A DNA stretch of 39,252 nt from a virus, in the IMG/VR virus record IMGVR_UViG_3300045988_083504; one strand, 5' to 3'. A program made the translations under genes and the position numbers. Under the pieces are notes generated by a model. That model worked only from the letters and a program-made list of their open reading frames with translations. It was not told the DNA's origin and did no database searches. Of the stretch, positions 14,433-21,660 are shown piece by piece (the first letter of the stretch is position 1; each line of letters starts with the position of its first letter).

Positions 14433-14876
14433 TCACCGGGTCCCGTCCTCCTGCGGGACAGAGAGTACCACGCCGGACTTGATCGCCGCCGCAAATGCGG
14501 CCTCGTCGCGGCCGGCATCGTGGACGCTGGCCGGAGTACGGACATAGACATACACGGCAGAGCCCATGCCATCACGGGCAGCACGGCCCGCAGCAACGGA
14601 CGCATGGAGGCCGTATAGCTTAATGCCGCCCACGGTATAGGGGGACGCCTCGACACCCTCCGGCAGCTCAATCTTGACCAACTGGCGGCGGCTGGTCTCC
14701 TGGTAGACTGTCCAGCCGGACGCAATCATCTCGTTTCCGGCGGTGGGGCCCTCCGGGCGGGTACTGGTAGAGCTAACAGCCGCGAAACCATCATAGACTT
14801 TCGCGGGGTTGTGCTCCGTGGCATCAGGGTCGGGACGCTGTGCGGCGTGGATCGCCAAAGTGATGATGTGTTCCAT
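14433..14876 (-). CDS. Hypothetical moron protein (147 aa) ending at an in-frame TGA; 36 further in-frame sense codons run to TAA 14322-14324
   Basis: ATG 14874-14876 (MEHIITLAIH...). The same frame continues after TGA 14433-14435 as EILVNVLAISPVFTDRVPSDWASQLSAQIDREFGKK, ending just before the terminator. Confidence 0.7.
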   Translation of the reverse strand: MEHIITLAIHAAQRPDPDATEHNPAKVYDGFAAVSSTSTRPEGPTAGNEMIASGWTVYQETSRRQLVKIELPEGVEASPYTVGGIKLYGLHASVAAGRAARDGMGSAVYVYVRTPASVHDAGRDEAAFAAAIKSGVVLSVPQEDGTR

Positions 14877-14948
14877 GTTTTCATTCCCTTTCTCCCGGTG
14901 GGGCCGGGGCATCCAATAATCTGATTTTATCATGCGGGGCGGGGGCTG

Positions 14949-15404
14949 TCAACGCTCCCAGCTGCGCTTGTCGGTGTCCTGCATGGTCTCAATGCCGGGG
15001 CGCTGGTGCTTCAGCTCTGCGAACCGGGCAAAGGCTTTCCGGCGCTCCGTGCCGAAATATTTCTCGTCCAAAACGCGCTCCGTGGTGCCGTCCTCATAAG
15101 TGCGGACGATCCGCACAAAGTAGATTACCGGCTTGCCCCTGTAACCGGGGTCCCGGGTCAGCTCCAGCCGGTCACGGTAGGCGGCAGTTGCAAGGGCGGC
15201 GTATCGCTCCGCCAGGGCTGCGCGGTATTCGGTCAGTTGGTCGATCAGCTCGTTACACCGGGCAATCATCCGGGCGGCGCTGTCATCGTTGGACTTGATG
15301 CGGTCGGCGGTCAGGACGTCGGGCCGGAGCAGATAGGCGGTCAGCCGTATTTCTGCTTCGCGGCTGGGGCTGCCGTAGCGCTGGAATAGATCAAGATAGC
15401 TCAT
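14949..15404 (-). CDS. Hypothetical moron protein (151 aa)
   Basis: ATG 15402-15404 has a GAAGGGA RBS. Codons are GC3-rich. No family recognised. Confidence 0.7.
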   Translation of the reverse strand: MSYLDLFQRYGSPSREAEIRLTAYLLRPDVLTADRIKSNDDSAARMIARCNELIDQLTEYRAALAERYAALATAAYRDRLELTRDPGYRGKPVIYFVRIVRTYEDGTTERVLDEKYFGTERRKAFARFAELKHQRPGIETMQDTDKRSWER

Positions 15405-15450
15405 ATATGGGTCCCTTCTGCCCTCGTGACCTCCGGGGCGGGCGGTTGTG

Positions 15451-15606
15451 TCAGTCGGCCAAATGTAACCGGCGGCGGGTGGCTTCCTCGTCGATGAAGT
15501 TCGTGCATCCGCTTCTGTAAAGCTCCACGGCGGCTTCCTTCAGCGTCATTTTGCCGCTTAAAACATCGTCGCGTAGGCTATCGAAAATATTTTTGATCTG
15601 GATCAT
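15451..15606 (-). CDS. Small hypothetical protein (51 aa)
   Basis: My translation is MIQIKNIFDSLRDDVLSGKMTLKEAAVELYRSGCTNFIDEEATRRRLHLAD. AAGGAG RBS precedes ATG 15604-15606. Below the ORF-track size cutoff. Confidence 0.5.
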   Translation of the reverse strand: MIQIKNIFDSLRDDVLSGKMTLKEAAVELYRSGCTNFIDEEATRRRLHLAD

Positions 15607-15641
15607 GGTTCATTCTCCTTTCTGGTGGTGGCGCGCCCCGG

Positions 15642-16142
15642 TCAAGCCGGGAGCGCGTCGGAGGTGGTGGAACGGGCAAAGGTTGTGCTGCCGTACTTGC
15701 TGCGGATCTCTGCCATGGTCTTGGTGCCCTTGTGCCAGCGCTGGCCCTCTTCGGCAAAGTGCCAACTCCATAGCTTCTTAGTGGAGGACCACCGGCACCC
15801 GGCAGCCTTCAGGGCTTCTTTGTGCTCCTTGGTGTTGCCGCCGATCCAGAGCCAGCGCCCGCACAACTCAACGCTCAGGCCGTCCAGATGCAGCAGCACA
15901 TTGATGATCTCGATAAAGTCGGCGGCGTTCTCGGTGGTGGCGTAGGTCTTGCCGGTGGGGTCCTCGGCGGCCTGCTCATTCTGGCTGCGCTTCAGGACCT
16001 CAAACCGGGCGGAATACTCGGCGTTGATAGCCTGCATGGTGGCGGTGTCTCCGCCTTTGTCGGGGTGGTTCTTCATGGCGGCGGCCTTGTAAGCCTTCTT
16101 CAGTTCGTCCAGGTTCTTGCAGTTGATAAAGTAAGCAGTCAT
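15642..16142 (-). CDS. J-domain (DnaJ-like) protein with a Trp-rich C-terminal domain (166 aa)
   Basis: LDELKKAYKAAAMKNHPDKGGD contains the HPD motif. C-terminus is GRWLWIGGNTKEHKEALKAAGCRWSSTKKLWSWH. AAAGGA RBS. Confidence 0.85.
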   Translation of the reverse strand: MTAYFINCKNLDELKKAYKAAAMKNHPDKGGDTATMQAINAEYSARFEVLKRSQNEQAAEDPTGKTYATTENAADFIEIINVLLHLDGLSVELCGRWLWIGGNTKEHKEALKAAGCRWSSTKKLWSWHFAEEGQRWHKGTKTMAEIRSKYGSTTFARSTTSDALPA

Positions 16143-16202
16143 TTTGTAATCCTTTCCGGCCTGTCGGCCTGTGGCGTTGTCGTGTTTGCTTTTGTTGGCC
16201 TA

Positions 16203-16231
16203 ATCATACGTCATTTCCATGACGCTGTCAA
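16203..16231 (-). promoter_or_regulatory. Strong sigma-70-type promoter of the moron operon with an operator inside the spacer
   Basis: On the minus strand: TTGACA (16226-16231), 17-bp spacer, TATGAT (16203-16208). The spacer holds the inverted repeat CGTCAT-N4-ATGACG (16209-16224). Confidence 0.65.
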
Positions 16232-16254
16232 GCAGGCAAAATCAACAATCATTG

Positions 16255-16283
16255 CCATGACATTTTGTGCATTTTTGTCATGG
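16255..16283. promoter_or_regulatory. Inverted-repeat operator (CCATGACA ... TGTCATGG) between the divergent promoters
   Basis: The 8-bp arms lie at 16255-16262 and 16276-16283. The half-site relates to the GTCATGG/CCATGAC repeat in the moron promoter. It overlaps the -35 (TGGACA 16281-16286) of the RHH promoter, whose -10 is TGTATAAT (16303-16310). Confidence 0.5.
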
Positions 16284-16335
16284 ACATGATTTGCGGCGAT
16301 TTTGTATAATGTATGGCAAGAAAGGCGGTGAAATA

Positions 16336-16512
16336 ATGGAGGAAAGAAAGCCAGATCGGCGGAATATATGGCAGAAAGAAAATCAAGAGCGCATCGTGGT
16401 AATGACGAGTAAGACAGAGCCACCAACCAAGGCCCAGATCAGAGCGGCAGCAGCCGCCGCAGGCCAGAGCGTCAACGCCTGGATCATTGAGGCCATCCGG
16501 GACAAGCTGTAA
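16336..16512 (+). CDS. Ribbon-helix-helix (Arc/CopG-like) regulator (58 aa)
   Basis: ATG 16336 has an AAGGCGGTG RBS. C-terminus AAAAAGQSVNAWIIEAIRDKL is typical of RHH proteins. It is divergent from the moron operon. Confidence 0.6.
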   Translation: MEERKPDRRNIWQKENQERIVVMTSKTEPPTKAQIRAAAAAAGQSVNAWIIEAIRDKL

Positions 16513-17381
16513 CGAGCGACAGAGCGTCGAGGGATAACACCCCCGGCGCTTTTCTCTTTGTATGCGGGGCGGCAGCAGCGGCAGCGGGGGCAGGGAGAGA
16601 GAGGGAAGGAGAGGGGGACTATAGGGGGAGAGAATAGCAGAGTGAGAGATGGGGGTGTATTCCCCCTACCCCAGAGAGATAAATATATATTTCTTACAGG
16701 GGGGTGTTATATATACTTCTACCGGGAGAGTAGCGGAAGAAAGAGACGCGGCGAATAAAAAACGCGAGAGAATGAGAGAAAACGAGAGCAAAACGGAGCA
16801 TTTGCGAGATATTCGGAGCTATTGTGAGATTAGGGCAATTACCCTTTTCGATTGAGATTTAAGGGGCCATTAAATATTTCCGTTGTGGCTGCTGGCTTTC
16901 GGCTGTTGCTGTGTCGATTCTGTGCATTTCCTCTTTCGGCCCGGGCAATTCCTGTTGTTGGCTCTGGCTGGTCGGGGCGATTAAGCAGCTCTGGTGCTGG
17001 GGCTGTAGTCTCTGCTGCTGGGGAGGCCCTACTACCAGGGATAGGAAGGGGGTGTACTAGGGGGTAGCGGAAAAACAGGGGGTGTCTCTCGCGCGGGGTA
17101 TAGGGCTATATACACACATCCCCTCTTCCCCTCCAAGAACTTGCAGTGCAGCTGCGGGAAGCTATGCCGGTGCTCCCTCTGGTGGGGGGTGGCGGAAAAA
17201 GGGGTGGGGGGATTTTCCGTTATAAATGCGAAAATGACTGAAACCCGTTGAATTGGCTTTGCCGGATATGCTTGAATGAAGGTGGCGGAGCAGATTCCGC
17301 CCACCTCCTGTTCAGGCCGGACATCCATTCATCATCCTTTCTCTCCCTACCCGGTGGGTGCGAATAGCCCACCGGGACCAT
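16513..17381 (+). other. Large non-coding region with extreme strand asymmetry and several strong hairpins (candidate large structured RNA and/or pac/late-promoter region)
   Basis: No ORF has an RBS or plausible composition. There is a 27-nt pure-purine run at 16592-16618 and an A-poor G+T block at about 16868-16965. Hairpins include GGTGGCGG...CCGCCCACC (17281-17305) and CCCGGTGGG...CCCACCGGG (17351-17377). Confidence 0.4.
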
Positions 17382-17456
17382 GGCCCTACAAGGCAGACGG
17401 GTTCTGGCAGATCATAGAAGCGCCGACCGCCGGTTCGATTCCGGCTGGGGCCACCA
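17382..17456 (+). tRNA. tRNA-like element A (acceptor stem, T arm and encoded CCA are canonical; D and anticodon arms could not be folded by eye)
   Basis: Acceptor GGCCCTA / TGGGGCC. T arm GCCGG-TTCGATT-CCGGC. 3-prime ACCA. The central 40 nt offers only TTCT/AGAA pairing, with a 10-nt loop. Confidence 0.45.
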
Positions 17457-17549
17457 TCCGGGGCAGGACAGTTCGTTGCTGGCAGCCGGGAAAGACCGGT
17501 GCAGCCCTCGCCACGCCTCTCGACGATGCGTACCATGGCGGGGACATTT

Positions 17550-17621
17550 GCAGACGTAGCTCAGTCGGTAGAGCACCGCGCCAGGAGGTATGCGCTGGTT
17601 CAAGCCCAGCCGTCTGCACCA
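17550..17621 (+). tRNA. tRNA-like element B (acceptor, D arm, T arm and encoded CCA are canonical; the anticodon arm is truncated or absent)
   Basis: Acceptor GCAGACG / CGTCTGC. D arm TA-GCTC-AGTCGGTA-GAGC. T arm GCTGG-TTCAAGC-CCAGC. 3-prime ACCA. Only 19 nt (ACCGCGCCAGGAGGTATGC) lie between the D and T arms. Confidence 0.5.
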
Positions 17622-17647
17622 GAATTTTTGTGAGAGGGGGCCGGGGT

Positions 17648-18181
17648 ATGGCTTATCAGAAGAAAAATCCAACTGCGGAAGAGCACAAGGCGCACATGGA
17701 CAACATGCACAAGAAAGCCGCCGCGGCTCACAGGAAACAGACGATCGAGAAGATCAAGGCGTTCCTGAAGAAATCCGAGGAATACTTTGACGTGCAGGAC
17801 CGGCTGGAGCAGGCATACAGCGAGGCGGGCCTTGCCAATGCGATGCGATGGACGGTTCAGCGGCTTCAGGGGTATTACGACTACAACGATGGCCGGGAGG
17901 CCGAGGCGGTCGAGGCGCAGGTGGAAGCCTTTGAAGCGGGCAATGAGGAGATCGACGATCCCCGCTGCGTTATGAGCTACTACGTGCGGCTGGCGTACCA
18001 GCGGATTCAGGAGCAGATCGACACCAGCCCCATCTACCAGGAAAAGGGCATGGTGACGCGAGGCATTTTCCTGAACAAGCAGAAGCGCCTGGGCGGCTAT
18101 CAGGACAAGCAGGAGACCCGCCAGGACATCAGCGTGAACGTGACCTTCGGGGACGGCGTGGACGCAAGCGACTTCAAGTGA
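17648..18181 (+). CDS. First late-operon protein (177 aa), function unknown; a small-terminase role is suggested by position only
   Basis: ATG 17648 follows GAGAGGGGG. The protein is helical and charged (MAYQKKNPTAEEHKAHMDNMHKK...). Confidence 0.6.
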   Translation: MAYQKKNPTAEEHKAHMDNMHKKAAAAHRKQTIEKIKAFLKKSEEYFDVQDRLEQAYSEAGLANAMRWTVQRLQGYYDYNDGREAEAVEAQVEAFEAGNEEIDDPRCVMSYYVRLAYQRIQEQIDTSPIYQEKGMVTRGIFLNKQKRLGGYQDKQETRQDISVNVTFGDGVDASDFK

Positions 18182-18193
18182 GGAGGCAGCGAG

Positions 18194-18436
18194 GTGAACG
18201 GCCTGATTTTGGTTTTATCTCTGATCTGCGGTGCGGCCAGCATAGGCGCTGCCGTATGTGCGGTGCTGATCCTGCGGCTGCTGCGGGAGATCAAAGCCCC
18301 CTCCCCCACGGAACCGGAGAAGCCGGAGGCGGAGGAGCCTACGGACCGGCAGAAAAGCGTGGAGCAGGGCATTGACAACCTGATGAAATACGATCTGAAC
18401 ACCATGAAAGCCAGCCTGAAGGGGCGGGAGGTGTGA
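18194..18436 (+). CDS. Small membrane protein (80 aa, GTG start)
   Basis: AGGAGG lies 7 nt before GTG 18194. N-terminal TM helix is LILVLSLICGAASIGAAVCAVLIL. Confidence 0.6.
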   Translation: MNGLILVLSLICGAASIGAAVCAVLILRLLREIKAPSPTEPEKPEAEEPTDRQKSVEQGIDNLMKYDLNTMKASLKGREV

Positions 18437-18437
18437 T

Positions 18438-18887
18438 ATGGCGGTTACGGTACAGCAGATTTTCGACATCGCCATCCACCTGATGGATTCCCAGAACGAA
18501 TCCACCGGCTCCACGGACACGGCGGACACCAAGGAGTACAAGCTGCGGACCGTTTCCCTGCTGAACAGCGTTTTAGACCGGGCGTTTCCGTACAGCGACA
18601 ACTACCGGGAGGCTTTGGAAGCAGCGGGCGGCAAGCGGCCTATCTGCCCCAAGGTGACGGAGATGGCGGACGAGGTGGCGTTGGACGAGCGGATCTGCAC
18701 CGGGGCGCTGCCCTACGGTCTGGCAGGTCTGCTGCTGCTGGAAGAGGACCCCAGCAGAGCCAACTTTCTATGGCAGACGTTTCTGGAACAGTTGGAACTG
18801 TGCCGCCAGAGCCTGCCCAGCGTGATCGGTGACGTGGAAAACCTGTACGGCGGCATTGAACACGGGGAGTTTGGGGCATGGTGGTAG
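18438..18887 (+). CDS. Hypothetical virion-module protein (149 aa)
   Basis: GGAGGTG RBS. Packed closely against neighbouring genes. No family recognised. Confidence 0.7.
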   Translation: MAVTVQQIFDIAIHLMDSQNESTGSTDTADTKEYKLRTVSLLNSVLDRAFPYSDNYREALEAAGGKRPICPKVTEMADEVALDERICTGALPYGLAGLLLLEEDPSRANFLWQTFLEQLELCRQSLPSVIGDVENLYGGIEHGEFGAWW

Positions 18888-19081
18888 ATGGGACGTGGGT
18901 ATACCGCTGCCCTATCTGCGGGAAAGCGCTTCAGCATATCGAACCGGGCAGCGTGATCTACAACACGCCGATTTACTGCCGAAGATGCAAGGTGAGCCAC
19001 TACCCCACCATTTTTGAGGGGCGGGAGCTGGATACAGACGTCCTCTTCCCCATCACACATGTACAGGAGGAATTATCATGA
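18878..19081 (+). CDS. Cysteine-rich KTR-type zinc-ribbon protein (67 aa)
   Basis: YRCPICGKALQHIEPGSVIYNTPIYCRRCKV matches my memory of the Clostridial Cys-rich KTR pattern. Confidence 0.55.
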   Translation: MVVDGTWVYRCPICGKALQHIEPGSVIYNTPIYCRRCKVSHYPTIFEGRELDTDVLFPITHVQEELS

Positions 19082-19398
19082 AAGCAATGTTGTCTCAGCC
19101 CATGGCTGGAAAAACTCAGGAAGAAATCGTCTCAACCAGAGAGAAAGCCATCGCTGCTTTGAAAACCAGGGGCTATGAGGTTATCAACACGCTGTTTACC
19201 GACGAATGGTACAGCAAGGAGAAGATGGAGGAACGCGGCGTAGTGCAAATCCCGCTGTGCTTCCTGGCAAAGTCTCTGGAGAACATGAGCCTATGCCACG
19301 CAGCCTATTTCTGCAAAGGTTGGGAGAAGGCACGTGGCTGTAAAATTGAGCATGATGCCGCCGTTGCTTACGGGCTTGACATCATTTACGAGGAATAA
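19078..19398 (+). CDS. DUF4406 / nucleoside 2-deoxyribosyltransferase-like protein (106 aa)
   Basis: LSQPMAGKTQEEI ... CHAAYFCKGWEKARGCKIEHDAAVAYGL fits the DUF4406 layout (from memory). AGGAGG RBS. Confidence 0.55.
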   Translation: MKAMLSQPMAGKTQEEIVSTREKAIAALKTRGYEVINTLFTDEWYSKEKMEERGVVQIPLCFLAKSLENMSLCHAAYFCKGWEKARGCKIEHDAAVAYGLDIIYEE

Positions 19399-19420
19399 GG
19401 CATCTGTTTTTCAACCGAAT

Positions 19421-19487
19421 AAAAACGAGAGCCCAACGAGGCCATGAGAACGGCGAAAGCCGTTTCTTGTGGTCTCGTTTTTGTTTT
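19421..19487 (+). terminator. Nested stem-loop terminator-like structure
   Basis: Outer stem AAAAACGAGA (19421-19430) / TCTCGTTTTT (19473-19482). Inner stem AACGGC-GAAA-GCCGTT (19449-19464). A T-rich tail follows. Confidence 0.5.
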
Positions 19488-19557
19488 GTCAGCAAAGCCA
19501 GACCAGGCTTTGAAAATACAAAGATCCGGCCAGACCAGGCCGGGGAAAGAGGCCAAT

Positions 19558-20469
19558 ATGGACGAAAACATGAACCAGATCCCCGAACAGGAGCCCGAAA
19601 CTACGGACGCCTTTTTGGACGATTGGGACGGCGGCGCGGAGCTGACGGCAGACCAGCCGGAGGAGACCGTAGAGCCGATGGAGACTGGCGAGGAAACGCC
19701 TGTCGAAGACCCCAGCGAGAGCGCAGAGACGCCGGATGAGGACACCGAGCCCCCCGCAGATGCGGAACAGGCAGACCAGACGCAGCAGACCGAGGCGGAG
19801 ACCGTGGACGCACGGCCCCAGACATGGGAACTGCGGCACATGGGCGAGGTGCGGCAGGCAAACGAAGCGGAAATGGTGGCACTGGCCCAGAAGGGCATGG
19901 ACTATGACCGCATCCGCAGCCAGTATGACGAGCTTAAGCCTGTGATGGAGATGGTCAACCGCTTTGCAAACCAGCAGGGGTTGAACACCAAGGACTACAT
20001 TTCCATGCTCCGGGCGCAGGCAAAGCAGGCCGAGGGCCTGAGTGAAGCGGACGCACGGCGCTCCGTGGAACTTGAGGACCGGGAGGCCGTTGTGGCAGCC
20101 GCAGAAGCAGAGCGGCAGGCCCAGCAGGACGCCATGGAGCAGGCCCAGCGGGCCGAGGCCGAGGCGGCAAGCCGCCGACAGGCGGACATTCAGGAATTTC
20201 AACAGACATTCCCCGAGGCAGCAAAGGACCCCAACAGCATCCCGCCTCAGGTTTGGGCAGATGTGCGGAACGGCTTTTCTCTGGTAGCTGCCTACGCCCG
20301 GTACGCCGTGCAGCAGGCGCGGCAGGACGCGGCAGACGCCAAGCGGGAGACCGCCTCCGTACAGCAGAACCAGCGGAACGCGGAGCGCTCCACCGGCAGC
20401 ATGAGAAGCGCCGGGGACAACTCCAAGACGCGGGACGATTTCGGAGACGCCTTTGACAGCGCCATGTAA
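19558..20469 (+). CDS. Scaffolding-like protein (303 aa)
   Basis: Lies immediately upstream of the capsid gene. It has a very acidic N-terminus and a long Ala/Glu/Gln/Arg coiled-coil-like centre. Confidence 0.6.
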   Translation: MDENMNQIPEQEPETTDAFLDDWDGGAELTADQPEETVEPMETGEETPVEDPSESAETPDEDTEPPADAEQADQTQQTEAETVDARPQTWELRHMGEVRQANEAEMVALAQKGMDYDRIRSQYDELKPVMEMVNRFANQQGLNTKDYISMLRAQAKQAEGLSEADARRSVELEDREAVVAAAEAERQAQQDAMEQAQRAEAEAASRRQADIQEFQQTFPEAAKDPNSIPPQVWADVRNGFSLVAAYARYAVQQARQDAADAKRETASVQQNQRNAERSTGSMRSAGDNSKTRDDFGDAFDSAM

Positions 20470-20517
20470 CGGCACTTTTGCCTATGGGGAAACCGGACGA
20501 AAGAGAGGTTTTTACCT

Positions 20518-21570
20518 ATGGCTATCAACTACGCAATTAAGTACGCAACCAAGATCGCGGAGCGCTTCAAGAAAGCCTCCATTACCGCCGATGACTGCGG
20601 CAACAGCTATTCCTGGCTGAATCCCAACAGCCGCACCATCCGCATCGGCAGCGTGAACACCGTTCCCGAGACCCAGTACACCCGCAGCGGCTCCAACCGT
20701 TTCGGTGAGGTCCATGACGTGGGCGACACCCTCCAGGAGATGACCTGCGAGATGCAGCCCGCCTTCTCCTTCACCATCGACGCGCTGGATCAGACCGATC
20801 AGGCCATCCAGAAGTCCGCAGGCAGCGCTCTGCGCCGCCAGCTGGACGAGGTGACCATCCCCGGCATGGACAAGCACCGCATCAAAAAGTGGGTCATGGG
20901 CGCCAACATCGCCGTCAAGGAGGCTACCGCTCCCACCAAGGCCACCATCGGCGGGCTCATCATCGACCTGAACGCGAAGATGACCGACGCGCTGGTGCCT
21001 CTGGAGGGCCGCACCCTCTACATCGCCACCGAGTACTACAAGCTGCTCAAGCAGATGCCTGATTACATCGGCGTGGACGCTCTGGGCAAGGAGGCTCTGG
21101 CAAAGGGCGTTGTGGGCGAGTTCGACGGCTGCCGCGTGAAGCCCATCCCCACCAGCTACATGCCCGCCGGTGTGTACTTCTTCATCAAGCACAAGGGCTG
21201 CACCGTGGACCCTGTGAAGCTCCAGAAGTACAACATCCTGACCGAGGTGCAGGGCTATTCCGGCCCCGTGGTGCAGGGCGTGACCTACTATGACAGCTTC
21301 GTGCTGGGCGCCAAGGGCGACGGTGTTGCCGTCTGCGGCAACGCTGCGGTTCTGGCGGCACCCGTGATGTCTATCACCGGCCACGCCGTCAGCATCACCG
21401 CCGTGTCCGGCGTGGTGTTCAAGTACACCACCGACGGAACCAACCCCCGGTACTCCTCCACCGCCGAGGTCTACACCGCCGCTGTGACTCTGACCGCCGG
21501 TCAGACCATGCGGGCCGTGGCCACCAAGGACGGCTGCGTGGGCATCGAGGGCACCAAGGATTACGAGTGA
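20518..21570 (+). CDS. Major capsid protein with a C-terminal Ig-like (chitobiase/hexosaminidase-C-type) decoration domain (350 aa)
   Basis: Assigned from position and size. The C-terminal ~70 aa, FKYTTDGTNPRYSSTAEVYTAAVTLTAGQTMRAVATKDG, matches the Y-T-x-D-G-x-x-P Ig-like domain pattern. Confidence 0.75.
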   Translation: MAINYAIKYATKIAERFKKASITADDCGNSYSWLNPNSRTIRIGSVNTVPETQYTRSGSNRFGEVHDVGDTLQEMTCEMQPAFSFTIDALDQTDQAIQKSAGSALRRQLDEVTIPGMDKHRIKKWVMGANIAVKEATAPTKATIGGLIIDLNAKMTDALVPLEGRTLYIATEYYKLLKQMPDYIGVDALGKEALAKGVVGEFDGCRVKPIPTSYMPAGVYFFIKHKGCTVDPVKLQKYNILTEVQGYSGPVVQGVTYYDSFVLGAKGDGVAVCGNAAVLAAPVMSITGHAVSITAVSGVVFKYTTDGTNPRYSSTAEVYTAAVTLTAGQTMRAVATKDGCVGIEGTKDYE

Positions 21571-21576
21571 TCTCAT

Positions 21577-21600
21577 GGGAGGGGGCTTCGGCCCCTTCCC
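21577..21600 (+). promoter_or_regulatory. Stable UUCG-tetraloop stem-loop without U-tract between the capsid and terL genes
   Basis: GGGAGGGGGC-TTCG-GCCCCTTCCC forms 10 bp including one G:U pair. It begins 7 nt after the capsid stop. Confidence 0.55.
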
Positions 21601-21660
21601 CCATATATGGACGGAGCGGGCGCATGAACCCGGCCCGTCCACCAGATATAAGGAGCGATT

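Noticed and set aside
14433-14435. Selenocysteine or genome-wide TGA recoding as the explanation of the in-frame TGA.
   Set aside because: I could not fold a convincing SECIS-like hairpin at the right distance downstream. TGA clearly terminates other well-defined genes here (capsid, fibre, holin, exonuclease).
16558-17328. ORFs in the large non-coding block: 16558-16758, 16649-16855 and 16852-17067 on the plus strand, and 17032-17328 on the minus strand. The 17276 N-terminal extension of the 17648 gene was also considered.
   Set aside because: They have no RBSs, and some use TTG or other weak starts. Their translations are low-complexity and track the purine or G+T blocks. The extension runs straight through hairpins and both tRNA-like elements.
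17382-17621. tmRNA, two-piece tmRNA, or intron-containing tRNA interpretation of the two tRNA-like elements (GCAGACG also occurs at 17393-17399).
   Set aside because: There is no G:U at the third acceptor pair and no tag-like reading frame with a resume codon. The 7-mer recurrence is within chance expectation for a genome of this size.
17590-17790. 66-aa plus-strand ORF whose ATG follows a perfect AGGAGG inside tRNA-like element B.
   Set aside because: It overlaps, out of frame, the much better-supported 17648-18181 gene. Its translation is R/G/Q/E-rich and artefact-like. The SD-ATG is noted as a curiosity of the tRNA-like element only.
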